Below the pieces are notes generated by a model. That model ran no database searches. It was not told the origin of the DNA and saw only the letters and a list, made by a program, of their open reading frames with translations. A stretch of 64,000 bases of DNA, from NCBI GenBank assembly GCA_020025635.1, contig JAHHRU010000003.1:33218-97217 (forward strand), in the 5' to 3' direction. The stretch comes from Allofournierella sp. (GTDB lineage Bacteria > Bacillota > Clostridia > Oscillospirales > Ruminococcaceae). Every line of letters begins with the position of its first letter. Positions within the stretch are counted from its first letter, which is position 1. The position numbers were made by a program, and so were the translations under genes. Positions 18,761 through 27,434 of the stretch are shown here, piece by piece.

Positions 18761-19758
18761 TCCAGCAGAACGATGGGCTCGTCCTCGCTGAAGGCCTTGC
18801 AGGCGCGCTTGCCCAGCACATCATACCAGCGCATGGGGCTGATGCCGGTGCCGGGGCGCTTGGTGGTCAGGTTTTCCTCGGTGAACACCTCACCGATCTT
18901 GATATCCCGGGCCGCCACGATGCTTTTGCGGGCGATGGGCTTGTTTTTGGCCTCAGAGTCGGTCACAGCCTTGTGGCCGGTGCCCAGAGCCTTTTCCACA
19001 TTGCGCACAGCCTTTATCATTGCGGCCAGCTCCTGCGGTTCCAGGCTGGCCTTGTGGTCCGGGCCTTCCATATTTTTATCCAAAGTAAAGTGCTTTTCGA
19101 TCACCACCGCACCCAGGGCCGCTGCGGCCGCGTCGCACTCCCAGCCAGGGGTATGGTCCGACAGGCCCACCGGAACGCCGAACTGTTCCGACAGGTCCAG
19201 CATGGCCAGAAGGTTTGCATCCTCGTAAGGGGTGGGGTATTCGGTATTGCAGTGCAGCAGTGTCACATACGGGCAGCCGCCGTTTTCAAGAACGCTCAAA
19301 GCATCCTCGATCTCCGAAAGGGTGCTCATGCCAGTGGAAAGGATGACCGGCTTTTTTGCCGCCGCCACCGCTTCCAGATAGGGCAGATTGGTAATCTCGC
19401 CGCTGGGAACTTTGAAATAGGGCAGATCCAGGCCCGCCAAAAACTGAACGCTGGGCACATCGAAGGGAGCCGACAGATACTGGATGCCGATGTGATCGCA
19501 GTATTCCTTCAGCTGACGGTGGCCGTCAAAATCAAAATGCAGCCTGCGGATCATTTCCAGCTGGCTCTCACCGTCGCCGGTCTGCTTTTTCTGGTATTCA
19601 GCCTTTTCGGCAAATTTGCTCACCACCAGCTCGGGCACGGCGGTCTGGTATTTCACCACATCCGCTCCGGCTTCCTTGGCGGCAAGGGCCATCTTTTTGG
19701 CAAGCTCCAGGCTGCCGTTGTGGTTCACGCCGGCTTCTGCAATTATCAAAACGCTCAT
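18757..19758 (-). CDS. neuB: N-acetylneuraminate/legionaminate synthase, NeuB/LegI family
   Basis: 333 aa. IIAEAGVNHNGSLELAKKM...DVVKYQT, LSDHT, and a C-terminal SAF domain. Confidence 0.92.
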   Translation of the reverse strand: MSVLIIAEAGVNHNGSLELAKKMALAAKEAGADVVKYQTAVPELVVSKFAEKAEYQKKQTGDGESQLEMIRRLHFDFDGHRQLKEYCDHIGIQYLSAPFDVPSVQFLAGLDLPYFKVPSGEITNLPYLEAVAAAKKPVILSTGMSTLSEIEDALSVLENGGCPYVTLLHCNTEYPTPYEDANLLAMLDLSEQFGVPVGLSDHTPGWECDAAAAALGAVVIEKHFTLDKNMEGPDHKASLEPQELAAMIKAVRNVEKALGTGHKAVTDSEAKNKPIARKSIVAARDIKIGEVFTEENLTTKRPGTGISPMRWYDVLGKRACKAFSEDEPIVLLE

Positions 19759-20804
19759 TGGTTTTCCTCCAGTTTTCTGCGCATCTTGTCCAGTTCTTCC
19801 ATCTGGCCCATATCCATCCAGCTTTGTTCGCTTACCGGGTAGACCCCGACCTTTTCGCCCAGGGCCCGGTAATGTTCAATGATATCGGTGAAGCCCTGGC
19901 ACTTGCCGTCCTCCAGCTCTTCGATCACCCGGGGCTCCACCGCATAAATGCCGGTATTGGTCCAGAAGTTCATCTCCGGCTTTTCCTGCATGGACTGGAT
20001 CGCACCGTTTTCACCCAGCTGGATGACCCCATAAGGCACAGTGAAGTGCTTTGCGGCGCACACCATGGTGATCACGTTGCCCTGCTTTTTGTGATATTCG
20101 GCAAGGTCGGCAAAATCCGCATCCAGCAAAATGTCACAGTTGGAAAGGAAGAAGGTCTTTTGGATCTGGCCCTTCAAAAGGCACAGGCCGCCTCCGGTGC
20201 CCATGGGGATATCCTCATCCACATAGCTCACCTGATAGGGCGGGTCAAGATCGTTGAAATAGCTTTTGATCATGCCCTTTTTGTAGTTCACCACCAGCCG
20301 GAAATCGGTGCAGCCGAAATCCCGGAACTTGTCGATGATGTGCTCCAGAATGGGCTTTTCCCCCACCGGGATGAGGGGCTTTGGCAGGATCTTGGTATAA
20401 GGATACAGGCGGGTGCCAAGGCCCCCCGCCATGATGACCACCGGGATCTCGGCACAGCTGCGGTTGTTCACATCCACGCCGCTGGTGAAGATGATATCCA
20501 CGATACGCCCCTTTGCATCCAGCAAAGGCAGTGCATCAATGGAATGCTGTTCGATATAGCTGCGGGCCAGGCCGCGCTGCCCCACCGGCAGGCTGAACGG
20601 ATGCCGGTTTGCCGCATCGGCCGCAAGGCCCTCCAAAGAGCCGCCCCGCAGGATGTATTTCCGAATATCCCCGTCGGTCAAAGCGCCCTTCAAAACCCCG
20701 TCCGGGGCCAAAAACAGGATGCGCTCGCCGGTTTCATCCAGGCGCTGCATCGCGCCCAGCACAGTCATTTCTTCGTTTATCAGAAACTGTTCGATTTGGA
20801 GCAT
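19755..20804 (-). CDS. CBS-pair plus sugar-phosphate nucleotidyltransferase (PtmE-like)
   Basis: 349 aa. N-terminal CBS pair (GALTDGDIRKY), then VVIMAGGLGTRLYPYTKILPKPLIPV, the NTP-transferase signature. Confidence 0.8.
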   Translation of the reverse strand: MLQIEQFLINEEMTVLGAMQRLDETGERILFLAPDGVLKGALTDGDIRKYILRGGSLEGLAADAANRHPFSLPVGQRGLARSYIEQHSIDALPLLDAKGRIVDIIFTSGVDVNNRSCAEIPVVIMAGGLGTRLYPYTKILPKPLIPVGEKPILEHIIDKFRDFGCTDFRLVVNYKKGMIKSYFNDLDPPYQVSYVDEDIPMGTGGGLCLLKGQIQKTFFLSNCDILLDADFADLAEYHKKQGNVITMVCAAKHFTVPYGVIQLGENGAIQSMQEKPEMNFWTNTGIYAVEPRVIEELEDGKCQGFTDIIEHYRALGEKVGVYPVSEQSWMDMGQMEELDKMRRKLEENQ

Positions 20805-20841
20805 GGCTTTCGCCTCGCCTTCTTAAAAAATAGATTTTTTC

Positions 20842-21999
20842 TTACAGCGACAGCAGCGTATCGATCACCCGCTGGCAGTCCTGCTCGGTCAGATGGGTGG
20901 AGCAGGGAATGTTCAGGATGCGCCGGCGGTATTCCCGGGCTTTTTCCATGTGGTATGCCTCGTTGCGGGGATAATCGCACTGCTCGTTGATGAGCGCCCA
21001 CACCGGGCGGGTCTGGATCTTGTTTTCAGTCAGGGCATCGATCACCGCATCCCGGTCCAGCCGCTCCGGCAGCTCCAGGCAGTAGAACCAGTGGTTCGAG
21101 CGGGTGCCCTCCCGGAATGGCAGGATCTTAAAGCCGTTCACCCCGTCCAGCGCAGCTTTATACTGCTCATACCGCTCCATCTTGTGCTGGATGAAGCCTT
21201 CCAGAAGTTCCATCTGGGCAAGGCCCAAGCAGGCATCCAGGTTGGTCATGCGGTAGTTGTAGCCCGGCTCGTCGTGATAGAACTGCACCACATCGGTTTT
21301 GGCCTGGGTGGACAGGTGGCGTGCATGGTTTGCCCAGTCCTCATGGTTGGAAACCAGGATGCCGCCGGTGCCGGTGGTGATGATCTTATTGCCGTTGAAG
21401 CTGTAAACGCCCACATCGCCGATGGTGCCGGCAAATTTTCCGGCCAGAGGGCCCTCGGTGTAGAGGGTGCCCAGCGCCTCGGCCGCATCCTCAATGAGGA
21501 TGAGCTTATATTTCTCTGCAATTTCCAAAAAACGGGGCATGTCGGCCAGATTACCGAACACATGAACCACCACAATGGCGCTCACATGGGCGCCGGTGTT
21601 TTTGTTGTAAAGGCCGTCTTCCTTCAAAGTGCAGTGGTTTTGGCAGAAGTCCTCCACCGCATCCGGGTCCAGGCAGCAGCTCTCATCACAGCCGATGAAC
21701 ACCGGCTCCGCACCCACATAACGGGTGGTGGGGTTCACCGAAGCAATGAAGGTAAGCGCCGGAACGATCACCTCGTCGCCCCGCTGAATGCCGGACACCA
21801 GAGCAGCCAGATGCAGGCCGGAAGAGCCGGAAGAGCAGGCCACTGCCTGGGGCATGCCCACATAATCGGCAACCACCTTTTCAAACTCGCCCACCTTTGC
21901 GCCGCTGGTGGAAACCCAGGCGCCTTCCAGCGCCTCATCCACATATTTTTTCTCGTTTCCGCAAAAATTCGGTACCGACAGAGGAATAAAATCTGCCAT
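20842..21999 (-). CDS. DegT/DnrJ/EryC1/StrS family PLP aminotransferase (LegC/PseC-like)
   Basis: FIPLSVPNF.GNE..YV.EAL......G..V.EFE pattern, and SFNGNKIITTG containing the catalytic Lys. I prefer the ATG at 21999 (MADFIPL). Confidence 0.85.
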   Translation of the reverse strand: MADFIPLSVPNFCGNEKKYVDEALEGAWVSTSGAKVGEFEKVVADYVGMPQAVACSSGSSGLHLAALVSGIQRGDEVIVPALTFIASVNPTTRYVGAEPVFIGCDESCCLDPDAVEDFCQNHCTLKEDGLYNKNTGAHVSAIVVVHVFGNLADMPRFLEIAEKYKLILIEDAAEALGTLYTEGPLAGKFAGTIGDVGVYSFNGNKIITTGTGGILVSNHEDWANHARHLSTQAKTDVVQFYHDEPGYNYRMTNLDACLGLAQMELLEGFIQHKMERYEQYKAALDGVNGFKILPFREGTRSNHWFYCLELPERLDRDAVIDALTENKIQTRPVWALINEQCDYPRNEAYHMEKAREYRRRILNIPCSTHLTEQDCQRVIDTLLSL

Positions 22000-22070
22000 G
22001 ATAAAAACCTCTTTTCCCTTTTTCAAAACATGTATTTCAGAGCCTGCAGCCGCCTGAAGGGGCCCGGCCG

Positions 22071-22706
22071 TTATTTCTTCCTCTTAGATTTATACCACAC
22101 ATACGCCTCCTGAGCAAGTGACAGGGCCGCTGCCGCCAGCGCCGGATAGAGGAGCATCCGGAAAAAGCCGTACCAGCCGGGGGCAAAATACATCCAGAAG
22201 GCCACCGGCTCGTTCACCTTGAAATCGCCGAACCGCATTTCCACGGTTTTTTCTTCATCCGGGCTGCAGGGGTCCAGCCGAAGGGCAGCGATATTGCCTG
22301 CCGGCAGGGTGTAAAGATAGGTGCCGTCGTTTTTCTGCTGCGCAAACACCCGCTTGTTCACCCCAAAGGGCTCATCGGGTTTGTTTGTGTAGTAAAGGCA
22401 CATCTCCCGGGGGCTGTGTGAAAACTCGGCTTCCATGCGCAGAGTGCGCAGAGTGATGCCGTCGGTATTCTGCCAGATCATCTGGGGGTCGCTGTTCTCG
22501 TTCACATACGGCCCTTCCGGGGCTTTGTGCATATTCACAAGCTCAAAATCCTGCGCCTGCATGGAAAATTCATAAAGGCTGCCGGTGCTTTTGGTGATCA
22601 TATCCCGCCCAAAGGACCAGATGCCGCCAATAAGCCACACCAGCACACACACCGCATAGCACAAAGCCGGAATGGAGAGCTTTTCTTTCCATTTATTCTG
22701 TTTCAA
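22071..22706 (-). CDS. bitopic membrane protein (N- and C-terminal TM helices, ~140-aa extracytoplasmic domain), unknown function; paralog of 24768..25385
   Basis: 211 aa. TTG start with GGAGGTG RBS. TTGA overlap with the upstream stop. Shares DPQ...LR[LI]DP motifs and architecture with the 205-aa ORF. Confidence 0.6.
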   Translation of the reverse strand: MKQNKWKEKLSIPALCYAVCVLVWLIGGIWSFGRDMITKSTGSLYEFSMQAQDFELVNMHKAPEGPYVNENSDPQMIWQNTDGITLRTLRMEAEFSHSPREMCLYYTNKPDEPFGVNKRVFAQQKNDGTYLYTLPAGNIAALRLDPCSPDEEKTVEMRFGDFKVNEPVAFWMYFAPGWYGFFRMLLYPALAAAALSLAQEAYVWYKSKRKK

Positions 22707-24727
22707 TTGGGCACCTCCATGGCCACCGGGGCAAACAGGCCGTCCTCCACCTTATAAAGCAGGGTCTCATGGTTTTCAGCCGCCGAAAGGCCGTCTTCAA
22801 ACAAGGCTCCGTAGGCCGCCGCAAAGCCGGGGTCCAGCTTTTCCACAAACACATAGCGGCTGCCGCTTTCCCGGATGGCTTTTTCCAGCTCCTCTGGGGT
22901 GTAGGAGTGGTAATAGATGGCACCAGGCTGCTCGGGGTCGGGGGTATTTTCCGGCAGGCCGAAGGTCCCGCCGCCGGCACCCCAGCGGCCGGTTTCCTTA
23001 TCCTGCTCCCAGCCGCTGTAATCCAGCACATTGGGCTGCAGATAGCAGCCGTAGGTGAACCATTTCAGGCCGTTGTCGCCCTGGGTAACAAGGAACACCC
23101 GGCTGTCGTCCCCCATGGCGGTTTTCACCGCTTCGGCCTTCTGCTGCATCAGCTTCTGGTCGGCAAATTCCGCATCCGAAAAGCCCAGAACGCTGAACTG
23201 GGGCAGCACCAGCATATTCACCCGCAGCAGCATCAGCACGCTGAAGGCCAAAAGGCCGGTGTTCAAAAGCAGGCGGCATTTTCCGGTCTGGATCACCCAG
23301 GCCAGCACCGCCGCCGCCATCAAAAACCAGCCGATGTAATAGGTGGTCATATAGCGGTTGTAGTCTTCCAGGCGCTCTGCCTGGAACTCTTTAAAGATAA
23401 AGCCGTAGCACAGGGTGAGCACATAATTGTAGGCGGCAAAGCCCAAAGTGCTGCCCACCATCCACATGGCCGCCCGCAGCCGGTCCCGGGCATTTTTCGC
23501 AAACAGCACCGCCGCCAAAAAGATGCACAAAATCAGCACCGCGACCACCACCCCCTGGCCGACGGCCGAAAGGGCTTTGTCCGGGCTGTAAAATTCCGCT
23601 TTCATCCGGCGGGCAACGTCAAAGAACCGCTCTGCCCGCACCTGGTAATATTCCGGCACCGGCAGGCCCAGCAAAAGCCGGGTGCCGTTGATGGCAACGC
23701 TGATGGTGTCCTCGCTGGTGGCGCCCATGCCGCCGGCCTCGCTGTTTGCGATCACCAGCCGTGCAATGTAGGAGCCCCAGATCTTGTAAAGCACCAGCGG
23801 CGATGCCATGCACAGGGCCGAAAAGCCCAGCCGCTTTGCCCAGCCAGTGCGCCATTTTTCTTCATAGCCGAAAAGGAAATAGTCAGCTGCGATCAAGGCC
23901 GCCGTGATGAGCGCCAGCGGGAAGGTATTGTCCTTGATGTTGGCAAGGAACGCCAGCACCGGCAGGATGGTCCAGAGAGGGCCGCCTTTTTTGCGCAGGG
24001 CAAACCAAAGCGCCGCCGCACCGCCAATGAGCATGCCGGCGGGGATATCGCCGTAAGCGCTCATGTAGACCTTGCTCACAAAAATGGTGCGGTTGTAGGT
24101 GGTGAGGAACCAGGGGGTCAGCCAGCCGATCACCGCAAGCGGCACCGCCAGCTTATAGTTTTTCATTTCCACCACGCCCACCAGCGCCGCAATGCAGGCA
24201 AACAGCATCAGGTCATAACCCAGGTAGACCTTGAAATGGGCAAACCGGCCGAAGAACTGGGCGAAATAGCCCAGCATCACAAGGCCCGGGTTCTGGCTGG
24301 GCAGCCAGGGGGTGCCGTATTCCCCCACCGTGTACAGCCGGTCGGTGGTTTTGGTCATCTGGGCAGCGGTGCCCCAAAAGCTGAATTCATCGAATTCGCT
24401 GAACATGGGCTGGCGCACCGAAAAGTAAACCGCAAAAAACACGGCCAGCACCCAAAACACCATCGCACCGGGGCTTATCAGCTGTTTCCAGCGGGCTTTT
24501 TCTCTGCACCCCCAAAAGGCCCAGATGCCAAGCCCCAGGCACACAAGATACAGCACCCAGCCGGCGGGCTTCAAAAGGTCTGCCACACCGGCAACCGCAA
24601 ACCAGCTGGAAATGCAGCTGAGCGAAACCAGCGGAGCCAGCGCACTGTGCAGCCCTGCTTTGAGGGTGAAGAAAGCACAGAGCAGGAACAGGGCCCCAAG
24701 GCTCAATACCAAATCAAAATAAAGCAA
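22703..24727 (-). CDS. polytopic membrane protein, putative GT-C-fold (PMT/ArnT-like) glycosyltransferase; paralog of 25382..27394
   Basis: Many TM helices. Loop-1 motif PMFSEFDEFSFWG. Soluble C-terminal domain. I prefer the TTG at 24727 (GGAG 7 nt upstream), because the track start at 24820 adds a Lys/Arg-rich extension overlapping the upstream gene. Confidence 0.6.
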   Translation of the reverse strand: MLYFDLVLSLGALFLLCAFFTLKAGLHSALAPLVSLSCISSWFAVAGVADLLKPAGWVLYLVCLGLGIWAFWGCREKARWKQLISPGAMVFWVLAVFFAVYFSVRQPMFSEFDEFSFWGTAAQMTKTTDRLYTVGEYGTPWLPSQNPGLVMLGYFAQFFGRFAHFKVYLGYDLMLFACIAALVGVVEMKNYKLAVPLAVIGWLTPWFLTTYNRTIFVSKVYMSAYGDIPAGMLIGGAAALWFALRKKGGPLWTILPVLAFLANIKDNTFPLALITAALIAADYFLFGYEEKWRTGWAKRLGFSALCMASPLVLYKIWGSYIARLVIANSEAGGMGATSEDTISVAINGTRLLLGLPVPEYYQVRAERFFDVARRMKAEFYSPDKALSAVGQGVVVAVLILCIFLAAVLFAKNARDRLRAAMWMVGSTLGFAAYNYVLTLCYGFIFKEFQAERLEDYNRYMTTYYIGWFLMAAAVLAWVIQTGKCRLLLNTGLLAFSVLMLLRVNMLVLPQFSVLGFSDAEFADQKLMQQKAEAVKTAMGDDSRVFLVTQGDNGLKWFTYGCYLQPNVLDYSGWEQDKETGRWGAGGGTFGLPENTPDPEQPGAIYYHSYTPEELEKAIRESGSRYVFVEKLDPGFAAAYGALFEDGLSAAENHETLLYKVEDGLFAPVAMEVPN

Positions 24728-24767
24728 TTTCGTTCTCCTTTGTTTCTGCCTCTTTTTGAAAGGCAGA

Positions 24768-25385
24768 TCAGGCTTCTTTTTTGAACAGCGCTTTTGCTTC
24801 CAGCCAGAAGGCCGCGGCAAAAAGCGGCAGCACCAGCAGCATCAAAAGCTGCTTTGCCCCAAAGCGGAAGGCCGTTTTGAAGGGGCTTTCGGGGTTCAGG
24901 GCAAAGCCGTCCATGCGGGTGATCACGCCACCGGCGCTGTCCGGGTCGATGCGAAGCTCGCTGACACGTTTTCCGCCCAGATCGAACTCAAAGCAGCCGG
25001 GCTCGGTTTCCTTTCCATAAACCGACTGCGCCTGGGAAAAATCGGCCTGGCCGGGCTCTTTCCAGTAAAGCACCGCCGCAAAGCCCTCCTGCTTTTGAAA
25101 AAGCCGCAGCCGGGCGCTGTCCAGATACAGTTCTCTTTTCAGGTGAAGCTGCGGGTCCTCATCGGTGGAAACATACCATTCTCCCGGCTCATCGGTTTCC
25201 AGCGGCTTCACGCTGATGGTTTCAAAGCTTGCAAGGCCCAGGGTTTCCTCTGCCCGAAGCCCCTTGCTTTCATAATAAACACCCCGCCCCAGGCGAAGAA
25301 TGCCCGCAAACAGAAAAATCAAAGCTCCTGCAAGATAGGCCGCCGCCAAAAGGCGGGCAGTGGGACGCATTTTTCCGTTTTTCAT
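24768..25385 (-). CDS. bitopic membrane protein, unknown function; paralog of 22071..22706
   Basis: 205 aa. N- and C-terminal TM helices. ATGA overlap with the upstream stop. Confidence 0.6.
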   Translation of the reverse strand: MKNGKMRPTARLLAAAYLAGALIFLFAGILRLGRGVYYESKGLRAEETLGLASFETISVKPLETDEPGEWYVSTDEDPQLHLKRELYLDSARLRLFQKQEGFAAVLYWKEPGQADFSQAQSVYGKETEPGCFEFDLGGKRVSELRIDPDSAGGVITRMDGFALNPESPFKTAFRFGAKQLLMLLVLPLFAAAFWLEAKALFKKEA

Positions 25386-27394
25386 CTTCCGTCCCCTCCG
25401 TTCACAAGGCTCCAGCCCACGGAATCGCCGGTGTACTCGATCTTCACCAGATAATCCCGGTCGGTCCGCTCCAAAGGCAGGCCCTCAAGCCCAAAGGCCG
25501 GCGCAAGCTCCTTTGAAAAATATTCATCCGGCGTATCCACCAGCAGGTAGTCATAGCGCTTGTCCAACAAAAAGAGCTTCAGATCCTCCACATCGCACAC
25601 CGTCTGGTAGGGGTACACCTCGGGGACATCCTCCCCTGCCGCATCCGGGCTCACGATGTTCATGTGGGTGGTGGGCCAGGTGTAATCGTCCGGGTGGCCG
25701 TAGCCAAAGCCGCCAAAGCCCCCCGAAAGGGTAGCATTCAGGGCATAGCCGTAATAGTTCCAGCCGGTGCCCCGCTCCCCCTGCTTGATGAGCAGCACCT
25801 TATCTCCCCAGGAAAGCTCCGGATTCACCTGCTGTGCTCGCCGGTCGATCTCTTCCCGCTCGGAGTAAAGGCTTCTGGGATAATCCAGAAAACCTGCCGC
25901 CGGGGTCCCTCTCAGGGCGATCAGCGCCCCAAAGGCAAGGGGCAGGCCCAGCAGCACAAGACGGCTGAGCCGGGGCAGATTTCCTTCTTCCCGGCTTTTT
26001 GAAAGAAAGCCCAGTGCCAACAGGAAAAAGCCCAGATAATAAGGCCCGATGTATCGGCTGTAATCTTTGAGCACCAGCGCCTCCTGCTCTGCAAACATGA
26101 AGGCATAAAGGAAAAAGTGGAAAACAAGAAAAGCCAAAAGCCCCAGTGTGAGCACGGCCGCCATCAGGATGGGCTGGTGCTTTTCTCCCTTGGGCAGGCA
26201 GAGGGCCGAAACGCCCATCACCGCAAAGATCAGCGCCAGGGCCAGCACACCGGCGCCCAAAAGGCAGACCGGGATATTGAAGGGCGAAGCCAGCATCCGG
26301 TCCCGCACTGCGGCCACCCGCTCGGTGGGCTCTTCCAGCCCCAGCAGCTGCCGGGTTCCGGTTACGACCATATCCACCGGGCTCAGCTGCTTTTCCCAGT
26401 TGCCCAAAGTGCCCTTGTCCAGCCCGGAAACCGAAGCCACATAGCGGCTCCACAAAAGATACACCACCGGCACCGGCACCGCCAGCCCAAGGCCGGCAGC
26501 CACGGTTTTTCCAAAGCGGCGCAGGGTGGGCTTTCCTGCCGCAAACAGATGATCCAGGCAGATGGTGCCCGCCGCGATCAGCGCATAGGCAAGGCCCATA
26601 TCTTTGATAAGGGTCAAAAAGCACAGCGAAACGCCGGTGAGCACAAAACCCGGGGTTTTGCCCCCGGAGTGCAGGTAGATGCACAGGCTGGCACCGAACA
26701 CACTGCCCAAAAACAAATCGCCCATTGCGGTGACATACACATTGGAAACGCCGCCCAGAGCCGGCTGCGCAAAAAAGAACGGAACCAAAAGCCCGGTGCA
26801 CAAAAGCAGCACCGAGGCCGGCCAGTTCTTTTTGCCAAGTGCAGCCGCCACAGCAGCCAAAGCCGCCGCAAACAGGCTGTCCAGCGCAAAATAAACGCTC
26901 CACTCAGAAAACCCGGAGCCGAAAAACTGGAAGAAATACGCAAGCACCGGCAGACCCGGGTTGTATCCCCTTGCCAGCAGCATCCCCTCGGCCGCAGGGT
27001 GCAGCACGTTCTGAAGCTTTGTCAGCCGGCAGGCCGTGCCCCAGAAGGTGAATTCATCCCAGCTGATGAACATGGGCTTTGTGATGCAAAACAGCCCAAG
27101 AAAAAAAAGCGACGTGCCGGCAAAGAACAAAACGCCGGGCACCAGCAGCTTTTTGGCCGCTTCTGCCAGTTCCTTTTTGTAAATGAGCCAGCCCAGCGAA
27201 AGCGCCGCCAGCGCCCAAACCAGAGCGCCGCCCAGCCAAAGAAAGCCGAAAATGCCCCAAAGCCAGATCCACAGGGCAATGCCCCCCATGACCGGCAGCA
27301 CCAGCAGTGCCGCATCCAGATCGAACCTTCGGGCCAAAAAGCCGCAGAAAACAAGTATCGCGGCAAGTGCCAGCAGCCCGTTCAAAACAGCCAT
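25382..27394 (-). CDS. polytopic membrane protein, putative GT-C-fold (PMT/ArnT-like) glycosyltransferase; paralog of 22703..24727
   Basis: ATG at 27394 preceded by AAAGGAGGTG. Loop-1 motif PMFISWDEFTFWG. The track start at 27574 overlaps the upstream gene and is rejected. Confidence 0.62.
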   Translation of the reverse strand: MAVLNGLLALAAILVFCGFLARRFDLDAALLVLPVMGGIALWIWLWGIFGFLWLGGALVWALAALSLGWLIYKKELAEAAKKLLVPGVLFFAGTSLFFLGLFCITKPMFISWDEFTFWGTACRLTKLQNVLHPAAEGMLLARGYNPGLPVLAYFFQFFGSGFSEWSVYFALDSLFAAALAAVAAALGKKNWPASVLLLCTGLLVPFFFAQPALGGVSNVYVTAMGDLFLGSVFGASLCIYLHSGGKTPGFVLTGVSLCFLTLIKDMGLAYALIAAGTICLDHLFAAGKPTLRRFGKTVAAGLGLAVPVPVVYLLWSRYVASVSGLDKGTLGNWEKQLSPVDMVVTGTRQLLGLEEPTERVAAVRDRMLASPFNIPVCLLGAGVLALALIFAVMGVSALCLPKGEKHQPILMAAVLTLGLLAFLVFHFFLYAFMFAEQEALVLKDYSRYIGPYYLGFFLLALGFLSKSREEGNLPRLSRLVLLGLPLAFGALIALRGTPAAGFLDYPRSLYSEREEIDRRAQQVNPELSWGDKVLLIKQGERGTGWNYYGYALNATLSGGFGGFGYGHPDDYTWPTTHMNIVSPDAAGEDVPEVYPYQTVCDVEDLKLFLLDKRYDYLLVDTPDEYFSKELAPAFGLEGLPLERTDRDYLVKIEYTGDSVGWSLVNGGDGR

Positions 27395-27434
27395 CTGCTG
27401 CACCTCCTTTGCAATCGGATTTGAAAGGGCCCCG

